Source of the DNA: Chiloscyllium plagiosum
Lineage: Eukaryota
Assembly (NCBI RefSeq): GCF_004010195.1
Contig: NC_057718.1
Coordinates: forward strand, 36,068,501-36,132,500
Reading direction: 5' to 3'
DNA length: 64,000 nucleotides
Below the pieces are notes generated by a model. That model ran no database searches, was not told where the DNA came from, and saw nothing but the letters and a program-made list of their open reading frames with translations. Positions 1 to 12,630 of this stretch are shown here, piece by piece; the stretch's first letter is position 1; each line of letters starts with the position of its first letter. Position numbers and translations under genes: made by a program.

Positions 1-486
1 TGAAGAGGGTGCAGAGCAGGTTCACCTGGATGTTGCCTGATATGGAGGGTGCGAGTTATGAAGACGGGTTGAGTAGATGAGGACTATTTTCATTAGAAAG
101 ATGGAGGTTGAGGGGGGCCCTGATTAAGATCTACAAAATCATGAGATGTATAGATAGGGTGGATAGCAAGAAGCTTTTTCCCAGAGTGGGGGACTCAATT
201 ATTAGGGGTCACGAGTTCAAGATAAGAGGGAAAAAGGTTAAGGGAGATATGCGTGGAAAGTTCTTTACCCAGAGGGTGGTGGGTGTTGGAACGTGTTGCC
301 AGCGGAGTTGGTAGAGGCGGGCATGATAGTGTCATTTAAGATGTATCTAGACAGGTACATGAATGGGCAGGGAACAGAGGGATACAGATTCTTAGAAAAT
401 AGGTGACAGGTTTAGATGGAGGATCTAAATCGGTGCAGGCATCAAAGGCTGAAGGGCCTGTTCCTGTGCTAAAATATTCTTTGTTC
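1..486 (+). mobile_element. CR1-clade LINE 3' fragment (degenerate ORF2 C-terminus and 3'UTR)
   Basis: ORF 108-314 RGALIKIYKIMR..LFPRVGDS..RGHEFK..FFTQRVV is the typical CR1 ORF2 C-terminus; ends with ggctgaagggcctgttcctgtgct. Confidence 0.9.
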
Positions 487-914
487 AATCCTCCTCAGGA
501 TTGGTGCAAAGAGACGATAGTAGTCTGAAAATAATGCATGAGGCATTTTGTTCAGACCATCCCACACAAAGGACTCACGTGTTGCTGAGATGTTTGATTG
601 AAATGTGACTAAGCCCACACTGAGCTATGGGCATCTCATTTTCATAGGCAGACAGCACCGAATACCTCACTCTGGACACTTGCTGTTTATTATGCAGGAG
701 ACATATAACTCTGAATGGTGAAACAAGATATTTGAACATGCCATTCAGACAAATCTGTTGTTACTTGAAACTTGGGAAAATCTAAAATTCAAATAAAGAA
801 ATAAGTCAGCTAAAACAGTACACTTATTTGAATACCAAGATGGGTATTGTTGAGCTCTTCAATTATGAAAAAGGCAGCTATGTTTGAAATAAAATTGACC
901 AGACTATTCTGGAG

Positions 915-1565
915 TTATGAAGTTGAAAGCGTGCACTGTACCTTTAAGAGAGAGTGAATGCTGTTCTGAACTGAGAGATTACAAGCACCTGTGTACATGA
1001 CTAGATGGCAGTCCCAGAGCATTATGGAACATTGAAAATATGTAACATTTGGCTATGAAATATATATCTGAGTTTTGGTTGCTGTTTTGAAAACATTCAA
1101 ATTTAACCAATTAGTTTAAATTATGCCCTAGGATACTAAAACCCAATTGAGTTTGAATTTACTGTTTTGGCAACATCGAACCAATGAGATGATCCGATGT
1201 TGGACATTTTGAAAACTGGAGAGAGAGCAACTACCATCTTTATCAAAGGTACCTTTCCATGTGAAACATGCTCACAGTAAAATGAAAGAAGCTGACCCAG
1301 GGAATTCAGCAGCTGGAAGAATGAAGTCACAGAAGACAACAACAGCTGTGTGGTTTCAAAATTAAATTGATGTAATTTTAATAAGTGTCTTATTGGAACA
1401 GTATATTGTTATAGAGTTGGAGGCAGGTAATAAGCAGTTAAGAGAAAGGGGGCTTAAAGTCATGAATAGTTGTAGTTTAAAGTTCATTTTTAGAATTAAA
1501 AAATAAATTGATGTTATTTTCTTTAAATAGTGGGAGTTCTCTATCACTCAGATTTAATAGTTTAT
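915..1565. mobile_element. Possible solo LTR-like repeat
   Basis: Compositionally distinct block (tacctttaagagagag..., aataaa near 1500) resembling shark LTRs; no internal coding sequence and termini not verified. Confidence 0.25.
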
Positions 1566-2189
1566 GATACACTATTCTGGAAGAAAGGACTTTCAATGTG
1601 GTACTCCCAGAAGATTGGTAAAGGCTGTTTCATGTAAATTTATAAAAGGAATTATTTCAATTTTGAAATTTTGCAAGAGGTCCTGAGAGAATAACCCAAA
1701 TAGCATGTGCATTTTTCAATTAAAAAGGTGGAATTGTTTGATATTTCTAGTGGTTCGCCTTTGTCTTGCTGCATAGAACTCATAGGATTCTCCTAGATAC
1801 CTAGGCTTTGGCTTTTATATGGGTACAGTGCATTGGATAGAGCAGGGACAACAAGACTTTCCTGTTCGTAATGGCAGAGACTCAGTTATATACAAATTCG
1901 TGAATCCTTCCCCAAAACCCAACTAGGCTCATGACCTGGCTGGTTGGTGAAGGTGGAAATTTGGCTTTGGGAGACATCAACGATCTGTGAGCAGTAGGTT
2001 GAGGGAAATTTTTATTTTGTAGGGCTTGAGATGCTTGCACATTGCATGATTGGGTGGAAGTTAGGGCTAGGAATGCCCTGTGTCAGAGGATGGATTAGGT
2101 GGGGTAGTTCTAAGACACTTTTCAAGACTTGGTCTCATCTAGACATTCATCTTCCCATACCATAGTTGTGCTGCTCAGCAGCAAATAAT

Positions 2190-2945
2190 GCAGGACTCTG
2201 CCTACTTGAAATGGAGTTTGCGTGTTCTCCCCCTATCTGCTTGGGTTTACACTGGGTGCTCTGGTTTCCTCCAAATATGAAAGGTTTGAGTTGTAAAGAA
2301 AGGCTGGATAGACTAGGACCTTTTTCAATGGAGCGTAGGAGGTTGAGAGGCGACCTTATAGAAGTGTATGAAATAATGATGAGTATAGGTAGGGTCAATG
2401 TTAGTTGTCTTTTCATTAGGATGGGGGATTTCAAGACTAGGGGGTATTTTTAAGATGAGAGGAGAGAGATTTAAAAAAGCTGGGAGAGGCAATTCTTTTA
2501 CACAGATGGTGCTTCACATTTGGAATGAACTTCCTGAATAAGCAGTGAATGAGGGTACAATTGCAATGTTTAAAAGACATTTGGATGAGTACATGAATGG
2601 GAAAGGTTTGGAGGGATATGAGCCAGGAGCAGCAAGATGAGACTAGTTTAGTTTGGGATGACGTTTGGCATAGACTGGTTGGACCGAAGGGTCTGTTTCT
2701 GTGCTGCATGACTCTATGACGATGACTATGGCTCTGTGAGCAGGTTAGGTGGATTGGCCAAGCTAAATTGCACCACAGTGTCTAGGGATATGCAGGATAG
2801 GTGGATTAGCTCTTGTAAATGTGGGGTTATAGGAATAGGGTGGAGGGGAGGTCTGAGTGGGTTGTTCTTTGGACGGTTGGTGCAGATTTGATGGGCTGAA
2901 TGGCCTCTTTCTGTACTATTGAAATTCTATGATTTTATGATTCTA
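2190..2945 (+). mobile_element. Old V-SINE (HE1-like) interrupted by a CR1 3' fragment
   Basis: V-domain tggagtttgcgtgttctcccc...gtttcctcca at 2210-2273 resumes at ~2737 (caggttaggtggattggcca) after the CR1 insert. Confidence 0.8.
2275..2732 (+). mobile_element. CR1/HER1-like LINE 3' fragment nested in a SINE
   Basis: [34 protein letters not shown]; tail gggtctgtttctgtgctgcatgactctatgac. Confidence 0.9.
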
Positions 2946-4204
2946 TGAATGCTAATATTATATGGATAATACGATTGGACTACAGCTTGCATCGTAAATA
3001 GTTCCCAATCTGTTTTTGAGGGCCCAAATCACTGTCACTAATATTATTATTTCAATTTGAATTACTGAAAGTTAGAGACACCATTTTGGAATTCAGAATT
3101 TTAAACTCTTATCTGACTCTCTCCTACCCATACCAGAGTTGGGCTGTCCAAATTGCATTTGTAAGCTTGAAATTGGAAGTTAGATGTTATGAGAAATACT
3201 TTACTCTTCTGAAATTATTCTGAACAAAATTCTGATCTGAGTATCCTCTTTTCTCCTCTGAACTATGTTTTGATGAAATATGTCGCAACAGACTTCCCTT
3301 AAAATAATAATATAAATGTTGTGCAATTGTTTCAGCCAGTATAGATCTATTTTTCATCCATTTTGTTGTTTGTTTTTATTTGGTGAGGGAAATCCAGGAA
3401 TAGTCCCACTGAAGGATGATCTGCTGAGCCATAACCATGAAAACATCTTCCACTGTCTAATATTATTAGAAGTAACACTGACATCCTATATTATCATTGT
3501 TATTGAAACATCAAGTTTCAAACTTGTGAGAGAAACATTAATGCTTGAAACTTATACAAAATATCTTTCATCTTGCAGCTCCAATTGAACCTGGAGTTTT
3601 AATTAAAAGTAAAAAAAAAGGCATGTTTAATGCAGAACGAATCAATTAGTTAAGATGACAAACTCAATTAATGAGATTTATTTTGGACTGCACATTGATA
3701 CATGTAAACAATGTTAATCATTAAAGAAATGGTGTCACTGTGGCTCTCAGGATTCATTTCAAAAACTCCAGATAAAATTTGCTCAATTTATGTAAACTGT
3801 TATTTTTATCCTCTCCTTCAGATATATTTCAAGAACAGCTCTACCTCCATGATGACAAATTGTTATTTTCACTCATGAAACAGAGTGGAATCGAAAGGAA
3901 ATCTGAGTTAATGATGCAGTATTTTATGACAATAGTCTAAATTTTTAAAGATGGAGAGAGTTCTCTGCCATGATGAAAATAGCAATGGAGGTCTGAATCC
4001 ATATATCCTATCCGTAAATGCAGCACCTATCATTTTCACAGTGCGGGATTGGGGCAGTGCTGGAGAAAGGGTTAGTCATGATGTGAGGTGATCTATGTTG
4101 CACTTTTAAGGTTCATGAAGATATATTCATGTGGAGCTGCCTCAGACTGGTCTGGATTTTGCTCATGGCCTTTGGTATTTAAAACTAAAGCTGCCAGCAT
4201 GTTT

Positions 4205-5010
4205 AATAATTCATTCATGAGATGTGAACATTGCTGGCTGGGCTAGAATTAATTGTACATACCTATTTTCCATTGAGAAAGTGATCGTGAACTGCTGCCT
4301 TAAACCTCTGCATTCATTATGCTGTAGATAGACCCTCAATGCTGTAAGGGAGAGAGTTCCAGGATTTTGAGTCAGTGACAGTGAAGGAAGGGAGAAATTT
4401 TTCCGAGTGAGGATGGTAACTGTCTTGGATGGGAACTTGCAGATAGTGATGTTCTCATGTATCTGTTGCCCTTGTCCATCAAGATAGGAATGATAATGGA
4501 TTTATAAAATTATGCCTAAGGTGCCTTTGTGAACTTTTGCAGTGTATCTTGTAGGTAGTACACACTGCCACTACTGTGCATCAGGGGTGGAAGGAGTGAA
4601 TGTTTGTGGATGAGGTGCAAATTAACCTTGTAGAATTGAACAGGCTTTCGGGAGTCAGGAGGTGAGTTGCTCACTGCAAGTTTTCTAGCTTTCACCTGCT
4701 TGTTTAGCTATGGTACTTATGACTGGTCCAGTTCAGTTTCTGGTTAATGTAGCCATCTAGATGCTTATAGTGAGATATTCAGTGATGGTAATGACCCTGA
4801 ACATCAAGAGGCACTTGTTAGATTCCTTCTTGTTGGATATAGTCATTGTCTGGCACTTGTGTGGTACAAATTTTACTTGCACATGGCAGCCCAAATCTGG
4901 ATACTGTGCAGGTTTTGCAACATTTGAACATGAACTGCTTTAGTATATGAATGGTGCTGAACATTGTACAATCCCCACTTAGACCTCATGATGAATGGAA
5001 GGTCATTGGA
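4205..5010 (-). mobile_element. Degenerate LINE 3' portion (second CR1/L2-group family)
   Basis: Reverse complement matches the element at 18900-19690; tail ccagccagcaatgttcacatctcatgaatgaa. Confidence 0.7.
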
Positions 5011-6245
5011 TTTCTTTGGAGAGGTGGAGTATTCTAATAGAGAGATAAAGTGCCAGGTATCTTCCAGGAATGTGAGGTGTCCTTTTTTAGAGGAAACACC
5101 TAGTTAGAACTAAATATGAATGTTTTATGTAAGAAATACATAAATTCATCGGAATAGTCAATGGAACATTCAAGAGCCATGCCAAACACAGCTACCAAAC
5201 AATTGTAAACAGAGTTGTTAAAGGCAGTTGTAGATCTGTCAAGATATTTAAAATTCATGCCCTTTCTGTCTGGAAAAACTGTCTGGAGTGATATCAAATT
5301 AGTGCTTACTACATCAGAAACTGTTGACATGAGCCTGAGGGATATTATTCACTAATTAGTGCTGCATGATCGGTTTCACAAATTTTCATCATCAAAGAAT
5401 CTATCAATTCACAGTTTGATTATTAGCATAAGTGGTTATAGACTCTTCAAAGTGGGTCAACAAATTTTAATTATTGTTTCATAAATAATTAAAAGAAGCT
5501 AAATGTAATGATTTTTTAAATCAGCAAGCCTTTTTTATCAAAATGTGAATTCATCATATGACTGAATGTTACGTTTTTGTGGTGAAATATCAGTTTTGTC
5601 AAGTTTCATGCAGAGTTTCTCTCTGTGAGGCATAATAAGTTTTCTCATTGCATCTTACATCAAAGCCCTCTTCTTAACTACTTAGCCCTCCCCTATAGCA
5701 CTAATCCAATTCTAGACTCATTCTACTACTCGCTATACCAGGAACAATTCACCATTGTCAGGATATCATGAAATGGACTGGCATCCTTGATACAAAAGCT
5801 GTTAATGCTTTGACATTCACTGTTAGTCGAGAGCTGTCCTGCACGTTTCCTGACATTTGACCTGGATATGGCAGTGAATGTAAACTTGGTGCTCTGCTTT
5901 GTGGGCATGGACCTGCAGGTCTGGTGGTTTGGCTGGTGCACAGAGGTGGCTTCCTTTTTCCCCAGGATCAGCAGTTGAGGCATCAACACCAGATCGAACC
6001 AGCTTGGTCCTAGGCTGCCACTCATCTGGAGGAATGCACGATAATGTACAAAGATGGTAATTGACTTTCTCTACACCCCCAGCATAAGTGCCACTATCTT
6101 CTCTCACTACCTGTGGTTGTATCCACCTCCTGCTCTACTATTCTCATTACTGCCTGTCACCCAACCCAATACCAACACCATAACCCTGCATGCCTTGTGT
6201 TGTCTATTCGCTCACATAGGATACCTCTCCTATGTGACAGAAGTA

Positions 6246-6302
6246 GATTAGATTAGATTAGATTACTTACAGTGTGGAAACAGGCCCTTCGGCCCAACAA
6301 GT
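6246..6302 (-). mobile_element. 5'-truncated HE1-like SINE tail (57 bp) flanked by a 55-bp direct duplication
   Basis: (gatta)n-cttacagtgtggaaacaggcccttcggcccaacaagt matches the tails of full SINE copies; identical 55-mers at 6191-6245 and 6303-6357. Confidence 0.9.
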
Positions 6303-7689
6303 TGCCTTGTGTTGTCTATTCGCTCACATAGGATACCTCTCCTATGTGACAGAAGTAACAGCAAAGCCACCCACTTGTGCCTCCCATAATGCCTGCTCTC
6401 TCTCGTATGAGGGAAACAGCCTGTAATTGGGCAGAAAGAGGGGTGTGGCCTGCCTTACATTAAGCTCCTTACATCTTATGTGGAGAACATCCTGACTCTG
6501 ACCATCCTGGGTTGCTGACTAACCGTGCCCAAGCCCCTGGATTGGTATTAGACACTGCCCTTGACCTACAGTGCTGGCACCCCTGAGTGAAGGTTAGCTT
6601 CTTTGACTTGACTGAGGACTGCTGACAACCATGACAAGTTTTCTGAGTTCCTAACATAACAAACTTGGCAAGTTAACAGCCCAGAGTTGCAGCTTGTTCT
6701 GGTCTGTGAGCTGAGTGTGAATACACAGTGTTCTTGCTGCTGAATTACAGTGATCATCATCAACGTAGCCTGAAGTACAACATTGAAGGACAGAAATATG
6801 CTGTAAGTAAATTGGAGATTTGCCCTCCTAGAGGCTGGCATATGTCAGATTTCAATGTCTTGGATTTCAGGTATTTCTGACCTGTGCCCATGGAGCATAC
6901 CTTGAGATATTAGAGACTGTTGTCCAACATGGAGCTCCTTTCGAGTAGACAGTGAGCTAAAATCACCAGGTACCCAGGCTGATTTCCACACCAAAACTCT
7001 TGGCAACCAGTTTGCTCATGGTTGAAGCAGAGTGTGCAACTGATAAGGTAATTTATAAGCAATAATCTCCCTGAATTGGCAACTTGCTACTGCCTTGTGA
7101 GAACCTTGCCTTGATGCCTGGAACTTATTTAAAAGATGCAGCGAATTGCTCTCAGTGTTGTGAGAGGCCTTGCTGGACACCTCACATGATTCTGCCACAT
7201 TTCTTGCTAAAGCCAACATCATTTGGGCCTCTATATGATTCTATCCTGAAGAACAGTATAGAATCTCAGCATAGAACCTATATCCTCCGTGGTGAATACT
7301 GAGTGAAATAGTTTGATATGTGTAATGGCAAAGCTTGGTTAATGGGGAGCCTGGTTTGGCATGTGTTGGCCTGAGTTGGCAATAATTTGGCATTGCAGTT
7401 ATAAAAAGCCATAGAGGTTTGATATTGGAACATATGTTGGCATATAGTTCTGAGGGCCATTGGGATTAGTGAGGGACTTGAGGTGGCATGATTGGCATGG
7501 GTTTGACATGGGGAATGTGGAGGGGCTGGGAGGAGAGAATGTGAGATGGAGGATTTGTGTTCTTTCATTTTCTTTTATTGCTTTGACAGTGTTGGTACAT
7601 TAAGCCCACCCCTGCACCAGGTAGCCTCTGCATTGTTTCTGGGGTTACCCACCTGCCCTTCCCTCGATCATATCTGTGAAAGCAAATGA

Positions 7690-8900
7690 TATCACATCCC
7701 CAAGCACTAATCCACACTCTCAACTCATCTGCTTTATTTGCAAGTCTCCTTGCATTAAGATAAATGCCACCAGCCCTGCCATTCTCCTTTTTGTCTCAAT
7801 TGACTGATTTGATCTGCCATCCAGACTGACTTGTTTTTTTACCTCTATATTTGCCTGTGCATTGCCCCTTACTATACCTCCATTCTGTATCCCATCCTCC
7901 TGCTGAATCAGTTTACACCCACACCAACAGCACTAGCAAAGCCCCCCACAATTATGTTGATTCTGTTACACTTGAGGTGCAACCTGTCAGACATAGAGGT
8001 CTCACCTGCACCAAAAACAAACCCAATGGTCCAGAAATCCGCGCACACCGTCCTACACCAACGCTTCAGCCACACATTGTCCTGTTCTACCTGCCTGTTC
8101 CTATGCTCACTTACACATGGCAATGGGAGTAATCCAGAGATTGCAACATTTGAGGTCCTGCTTTTCCACCTGCTCCGTCGATGCCTAAATTCTCGTTACA
8201 GGACTGCATTCCTCTAGTTATCCAGATTGTGCGTACGTCCAACCTGACTGTTCACCATCCCCCTTCCAAATGTCTTTAGGTTGTTTAGTGACATTCTTAA
8301 CCCTGGCCCAGAAAGACAACACAACACCTTGCAGTTACATCTGAGGCTGCAGAAAGACCTGTCTGTTTTCCTCACTATTGAGACTTCTACTACTATTGCT
8401 TTTCCTCTCTTCCTATGCTCCCCTTATACAGCTGGGCTGTTTCTGCATTCCCCTGAGGAATCCTCAATCTCACCATTTTTCAGCACAGAAAATCTGTTCT
8501 CTGGGGCATTCCTGACTCCCTTCTTCTGAGTAGTGGTTACCTATTCCTTTCCTGACTGAACTTACTTCAGTTGTGGATGGCCAAGTCTGAAAACATGTTA
8601 TCCATGTAACTCTCAGCTTCATAGAGTCACTGCCGTGCCTTAAGCTGATATGCTTAAGCTCTGAAACCCAGTGCTTAGACGAGTCACACTTTCCACTGGT
8701 CATCCAGACAACTTTCCACTTACTGGTCGTGCAACATTCAGGATTGACCTCCCATGTCACTACTTTACTTAAAATATCAAACCTAAATTTAAACCAAGTA
8801 GAAAATTCTTTGTTTTTGTTTTCTCTGTCCCTCCTCAACATGACTTTCCTTTCTGCAGCTTTTAAGTGGAGAACACACAGAACTTGTCCATTAGCTACCA
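7690..8900 (-). mobile_element. Degenerate CR1 5' region / ORF1 (Cys-rich N-terminus plus esterase-like domain)
   Basis: Minus ORF 7908-8123 RNRQVEQDNVWLKRWCR...DRLHLK resembles the CR1 ORF1 SGNH esterase C-terminus; ORF 8470-8901 CCTT.KW...GKC...VSEL resembles the N-terminal Cys motif. Confidence 0.65.
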
Positions 8901-9727
8901 ATCAGCGCTCTGTTTAACGTTGACACCACTTTCACTAGCTTTTTCGAATTCTGACATGGGTCCTGTTGGGGGTTAGCTGGCACTCTCACTGGCTCAGTGT
9001 CTTGTTCTGACTCCCATTGCTTTTGTGACTTTTAATTCCTCTGAAATCTTGCTCTTTCTTGTCCTGGTTTCATGGCCTAGAATTCTTCTGCTCTTTCATT
9101 CTTTCCTGCACTGTTTTTAATGGCCCCTCTATAACCTTGAAGTCAATTGCAGTTCAAATGTTTACAGCAATCTGTTGTGATGGAAAATCTTGCCTTCACG
9201 TCTAGTACGGGCCATTCTGAGCAGTAGCAGGTGTAAGATAAACTATGATCTGAATTGGCCTTGCTTGGTCTGCATTTGCATAGTTATAAAAAGATATGAT
9301 GAGGATTTCACGGCAGTGAGAAATGCTGCAGCAACTAAACGGATTTGTGATTGATCCTGTGTTAATCCAATGGGAATTTATTCCAGACCCAGCTGATCAC
9401 AACAGTGAAAATCTCTCTGTGGCCAGAAATTTTACTCTGAACAAGTTATATTATTACCAGAACATAAAATTAACCACAAATGACCTGCTACTATGAAACC
9501 AATATCACAGAGAACAAAATATAAAGCTTGTTTATTGATATACCCATTGCAGAAAAAAGTGATGGTTTCCTGATGATGGATAGTTATTTTCTCTCTCAAC
9601 ACGCTGGTATTAGTCTCTCTCCACGATTGCTGGCGCAGAGGGCAGGAATGTAGTTATTCAAAAGTTAATATATCTAAAATTAGAAACAAATAGCATTAAA
9701 CTGGAGAGACAGACAAAGCATAGCTGG

Positions 9728-9960
9728 ACATAGAATCACTATAGTGCGGATCAATTTTCTCAAATTAAACTAGTCCCACTAGTCTGTGTTTGGCCATGTC
9801 CCTCTAAACCTTTCTTATTCATGTACCTGTCCAAATGTCTTTTCTATGTTGTAACTGTACCTGCATCTACCACTTCCTCTGACAGTTCATTCCACATATG
9901 AATCACCTTCTGTGTGGAAAAGGTTGCCCCTCAGGTCCCTTGTAAATCTTTCTCCTCTCA
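9728..9960 (-). mobile_element. CR1 3' end fragment
   Basis: catagaatcacta...aaactagtccca...gacagttcattccacata matches the reverse of the other CR1 tails. Confidence 0.75.
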
Positions 9961-10825
9961 GCTGTCAGAAACACCAACGTGGTAACAACCAAGCATTTTA
10001 ATTTTATGATATTGATTGAAGGATAAAGGACACTGGAGAGAACTCTGCTCCATTTCCTTATAATTGTGATACCAGGTTCTACCATCCATAAGGTGGAAAG
10101 TTTGCTTAGGAAGCTTCAAAGTTAATTGTGAAGAAGCCAATGAACAATGGGATGAGCTGGCTCAGCACTGACCAAACCTTAACCCTGAAATCGCCAAGTT
10201 GGGAAAATAAAATTCCATTTTGAAAAACCTCATATGGACAATGTACCAAGTGTGAATGTCAGTTAACACACACCACAGCAGAGATTACCTGGTGGTAGTA
10301 TGGAGCAGCAGGAAAGCTTTGGATGACTTGTTCCTCTTAAACAATGGCTACTGGATCTAATTGTTGCACCCATACTGCCAGCCATACACCATCAGATACC
10401 TTATCATAGACTTTTTATACTCCAGCTACTCAGTATTTTTACCAGTCAGGCTGGCAAGGTAGGTTTTAATAGCATTGCTGACAGAATATTCCTACCCAGG
10501 TCTATCCAATATTTGTTCAGGTGTGGGTCTTGGTACCTCACTCCAGGTCTGGAGGCTTTCAAGGCAGCATTGCAGCTGGAAAAGAAATCACTTGGATTGA
10601 TTGAGCACATTGTTAGCATAACAATAGGTTCTTGCACGTTTTGTTGGGGCAAATACACACAGCTGAATCAGAAACCAGGATTTTTTGCTTGGAAGTTAGC
10701 ACACGAGCAACTTGCCCTCCTGCCTAGCTGGTAGGTTTGTTGCTAAGCCATACCAAACAGTCGCACATATATGTTACCATTTTAACTGACAAATGTAACA
10801 CCACCAGATGTAACCAAGGCCAACA

Positions 10826-10826
10826 C

Positions 10827-10868
<42 letters not shown>
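10826..10868. repeat. (TA)n microsatellite
   Basis: Direct inspection. Confidence 0.95.
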
Positions 10869-10871
<3 letters not shown>

Positions 10872-11683
10872 TTCTGAAGGTCTTTACTGCAAATAAAATG
10901 TTTTACAAGTGCTGTTCCTATATCACAATTATATAACTCAGATTTCTACCCCACACTGTTTCATACGGATGATTATATTTCTAATTTAGAATTTAAAAGC
11001 CCTATTGTTGTCTTGTTGCAGCAATGTGCTGGGGGCAAGCAAATGTAACTTATTTCATTACAAAATGTTAAGAATCAAGAAAGCAAGTCCAACCTTTCAG
11101 AAAAAAAGACAATACCTTACAACTTATTTATTTAAAACACCTGCCAGAAGTGGAATTGAAAATCCCAGGTGCTGTGAGGCAACAGGGCTAGCCACCAAGC
11201 TGCAACTCGGTAAATTTACTTGTGTCAATTTACTCAGTTTAACTCCTGGAGTTATCTTTTCATTCAAAGATCAGAAAGGCTACTTTGGCTTCAAAGTTTG
11301 AAGTAATTTAATTCCATGATTAACTGAGCGATGGATGTGAAATTGAAATGATTATGTTGTTTGTATAATGATAACTGCATAATATGCTGCTTGGATCATG
11401 CAAGTCTTCCTGACGTCTGTTTGGGCAGTTTTGCAGGATGATTGTTCAATACATTTCTAGATCAAATAAAAAATCTCTGTGACACGTGTATAGTTTACTC
11501 AGCACTCTGTGTCCTTTCCTATCTGTAATTCTCATGCTTCATTTACATTTCACCACCTAATTTCCTTACTTGCTCTGAGCAGGAGATTAGCAGTTAGCAG
11601 TGAAAAATTGCACTGTCCAGGGGCAAGCTGTTGAAAGCAGGAAATGGTGGGATTGGCTACAGGAACTCTTAAGGGCAAAAATG

Positions 11684-11808
11684 GGTACTGCAGATGCTGG
11701 AGATTAGAGTCAAGATTAGAGTGGTGATGGAAAAGGACAGCAGGTCAGACAGCATCCGAGGACCAGGAAAAAATCGACATCTGGGGCAAAAGCCCTTCAT
11801 CAGGAATC
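11684..11808 (-). mobile_element. Solo PLE terminus, family A, with mutated hammerhead core
   Basis: ctgcagatgctggag...aaaagcccttcatcaggaat; minus strand reads CTGATGA-agggcttttgccc-CAGATGTC (GAAA lost). Confidence 0.75.
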
Positions 11809-12318
11809 TAGTCTAGTGGGCTTAAGTTTTCCTTGTAGAAGAAGGAACAGGAACAGGGACTTTAAAGATGTTTAGCTTTTCTCCTGGCCCCATTTCCCAT
11901 TGTTGGCCTCGTGGGAAACATACTGTAGTTTCTGGCTCAGCCTGTAGAATTGAAGAAACGTTCAAGTTCTGATGACATCATTGGGATCAGATGCACAAAT
12001 GAAAACAATGGAACCCATCTCCTTCAGGCAGTTGTTCTTGTTGCATTCTCAATCAATTGGCTCCTGTCACTCCCAAAGTGGCTGAATGACAAAGGTATTT
12101 TTAACCGTCTCCTATCTGGTTTCTGTATGCAGGATAAGGATAGAACTAAGATGTTCAGAACTGACATCAAGAATTAGTTCTTTGTGCAATGAAACATTGA
12201 TATATGGGAAAGCTTTCTGAATGCTCTTGGCAATAACAGCGTTAGTGACGGTGTGGAAAAGCAACTCAGCATTCAGAAAAAAACAAAAACAATAGTTTGC
12301 CTCAGATTTTGTTGAATT

Positions 12319-12630
12319 GATTAGATTAGATTACTTAGTGTGGAAACAGGCCCTTCGGCCCAACAAGTCCACACCGACCCGCTGAAGCGCAACCCACCCA
12401 TTCCCCTACATTTACCCCTTATCTAACACTACGGGCAATTTAGCATGGCCAATTCACCTGACCTGCACATCTTTGGACTGTGGGAGGAAACCGGAGCACC
12501 CGGAGGAAACCCACGCAGACACGGGGAGAACGTGCAAACTCCACACAGTCAGTCGCCTGAGGCAGGAATTGAACCCGGATCTCTGGCGCTGTGAGGCAGC
12601 AGTGCTAACCACTGTGCCACCGTGCCGCCC
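12319..12630 (-). mobile_element. HE1-like tRNA-derived V-SINE, full length
   Basis: tRNA-like head with A/B boxes (tggcacagtgg, ggttcaattcc), V-domain, CR1-shared tail ending (taatc)n. Confidence 0.95.

Noticed and set aside
3805..3940. Possible plus-strand exon after tcctctccttcag
   Set aside because: No convincing donor, and the peptide (IFQEQLYLHDDKLLFSLMKQ...) is unrecognised.
5700..7600. Another decayed Harbinger element on minus
   Set aside because: Only vague motif resemblance (FLSFNV, VRKR); not enough to call.
9270..9295. Octamer plus TATA (atttgcat-agt-tataaaa) as an immunoglobulin or snRNA promoter
   Set aside because: Spacing is too short, and no downstream V-segment leader or snRNA is recognisable.
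12560..12630. tRNA gene
   Set aside because: It is the tRNA-derived head of a SINE, contiguous with the V-domain and LINE-like tail; the same applies to the other copies.
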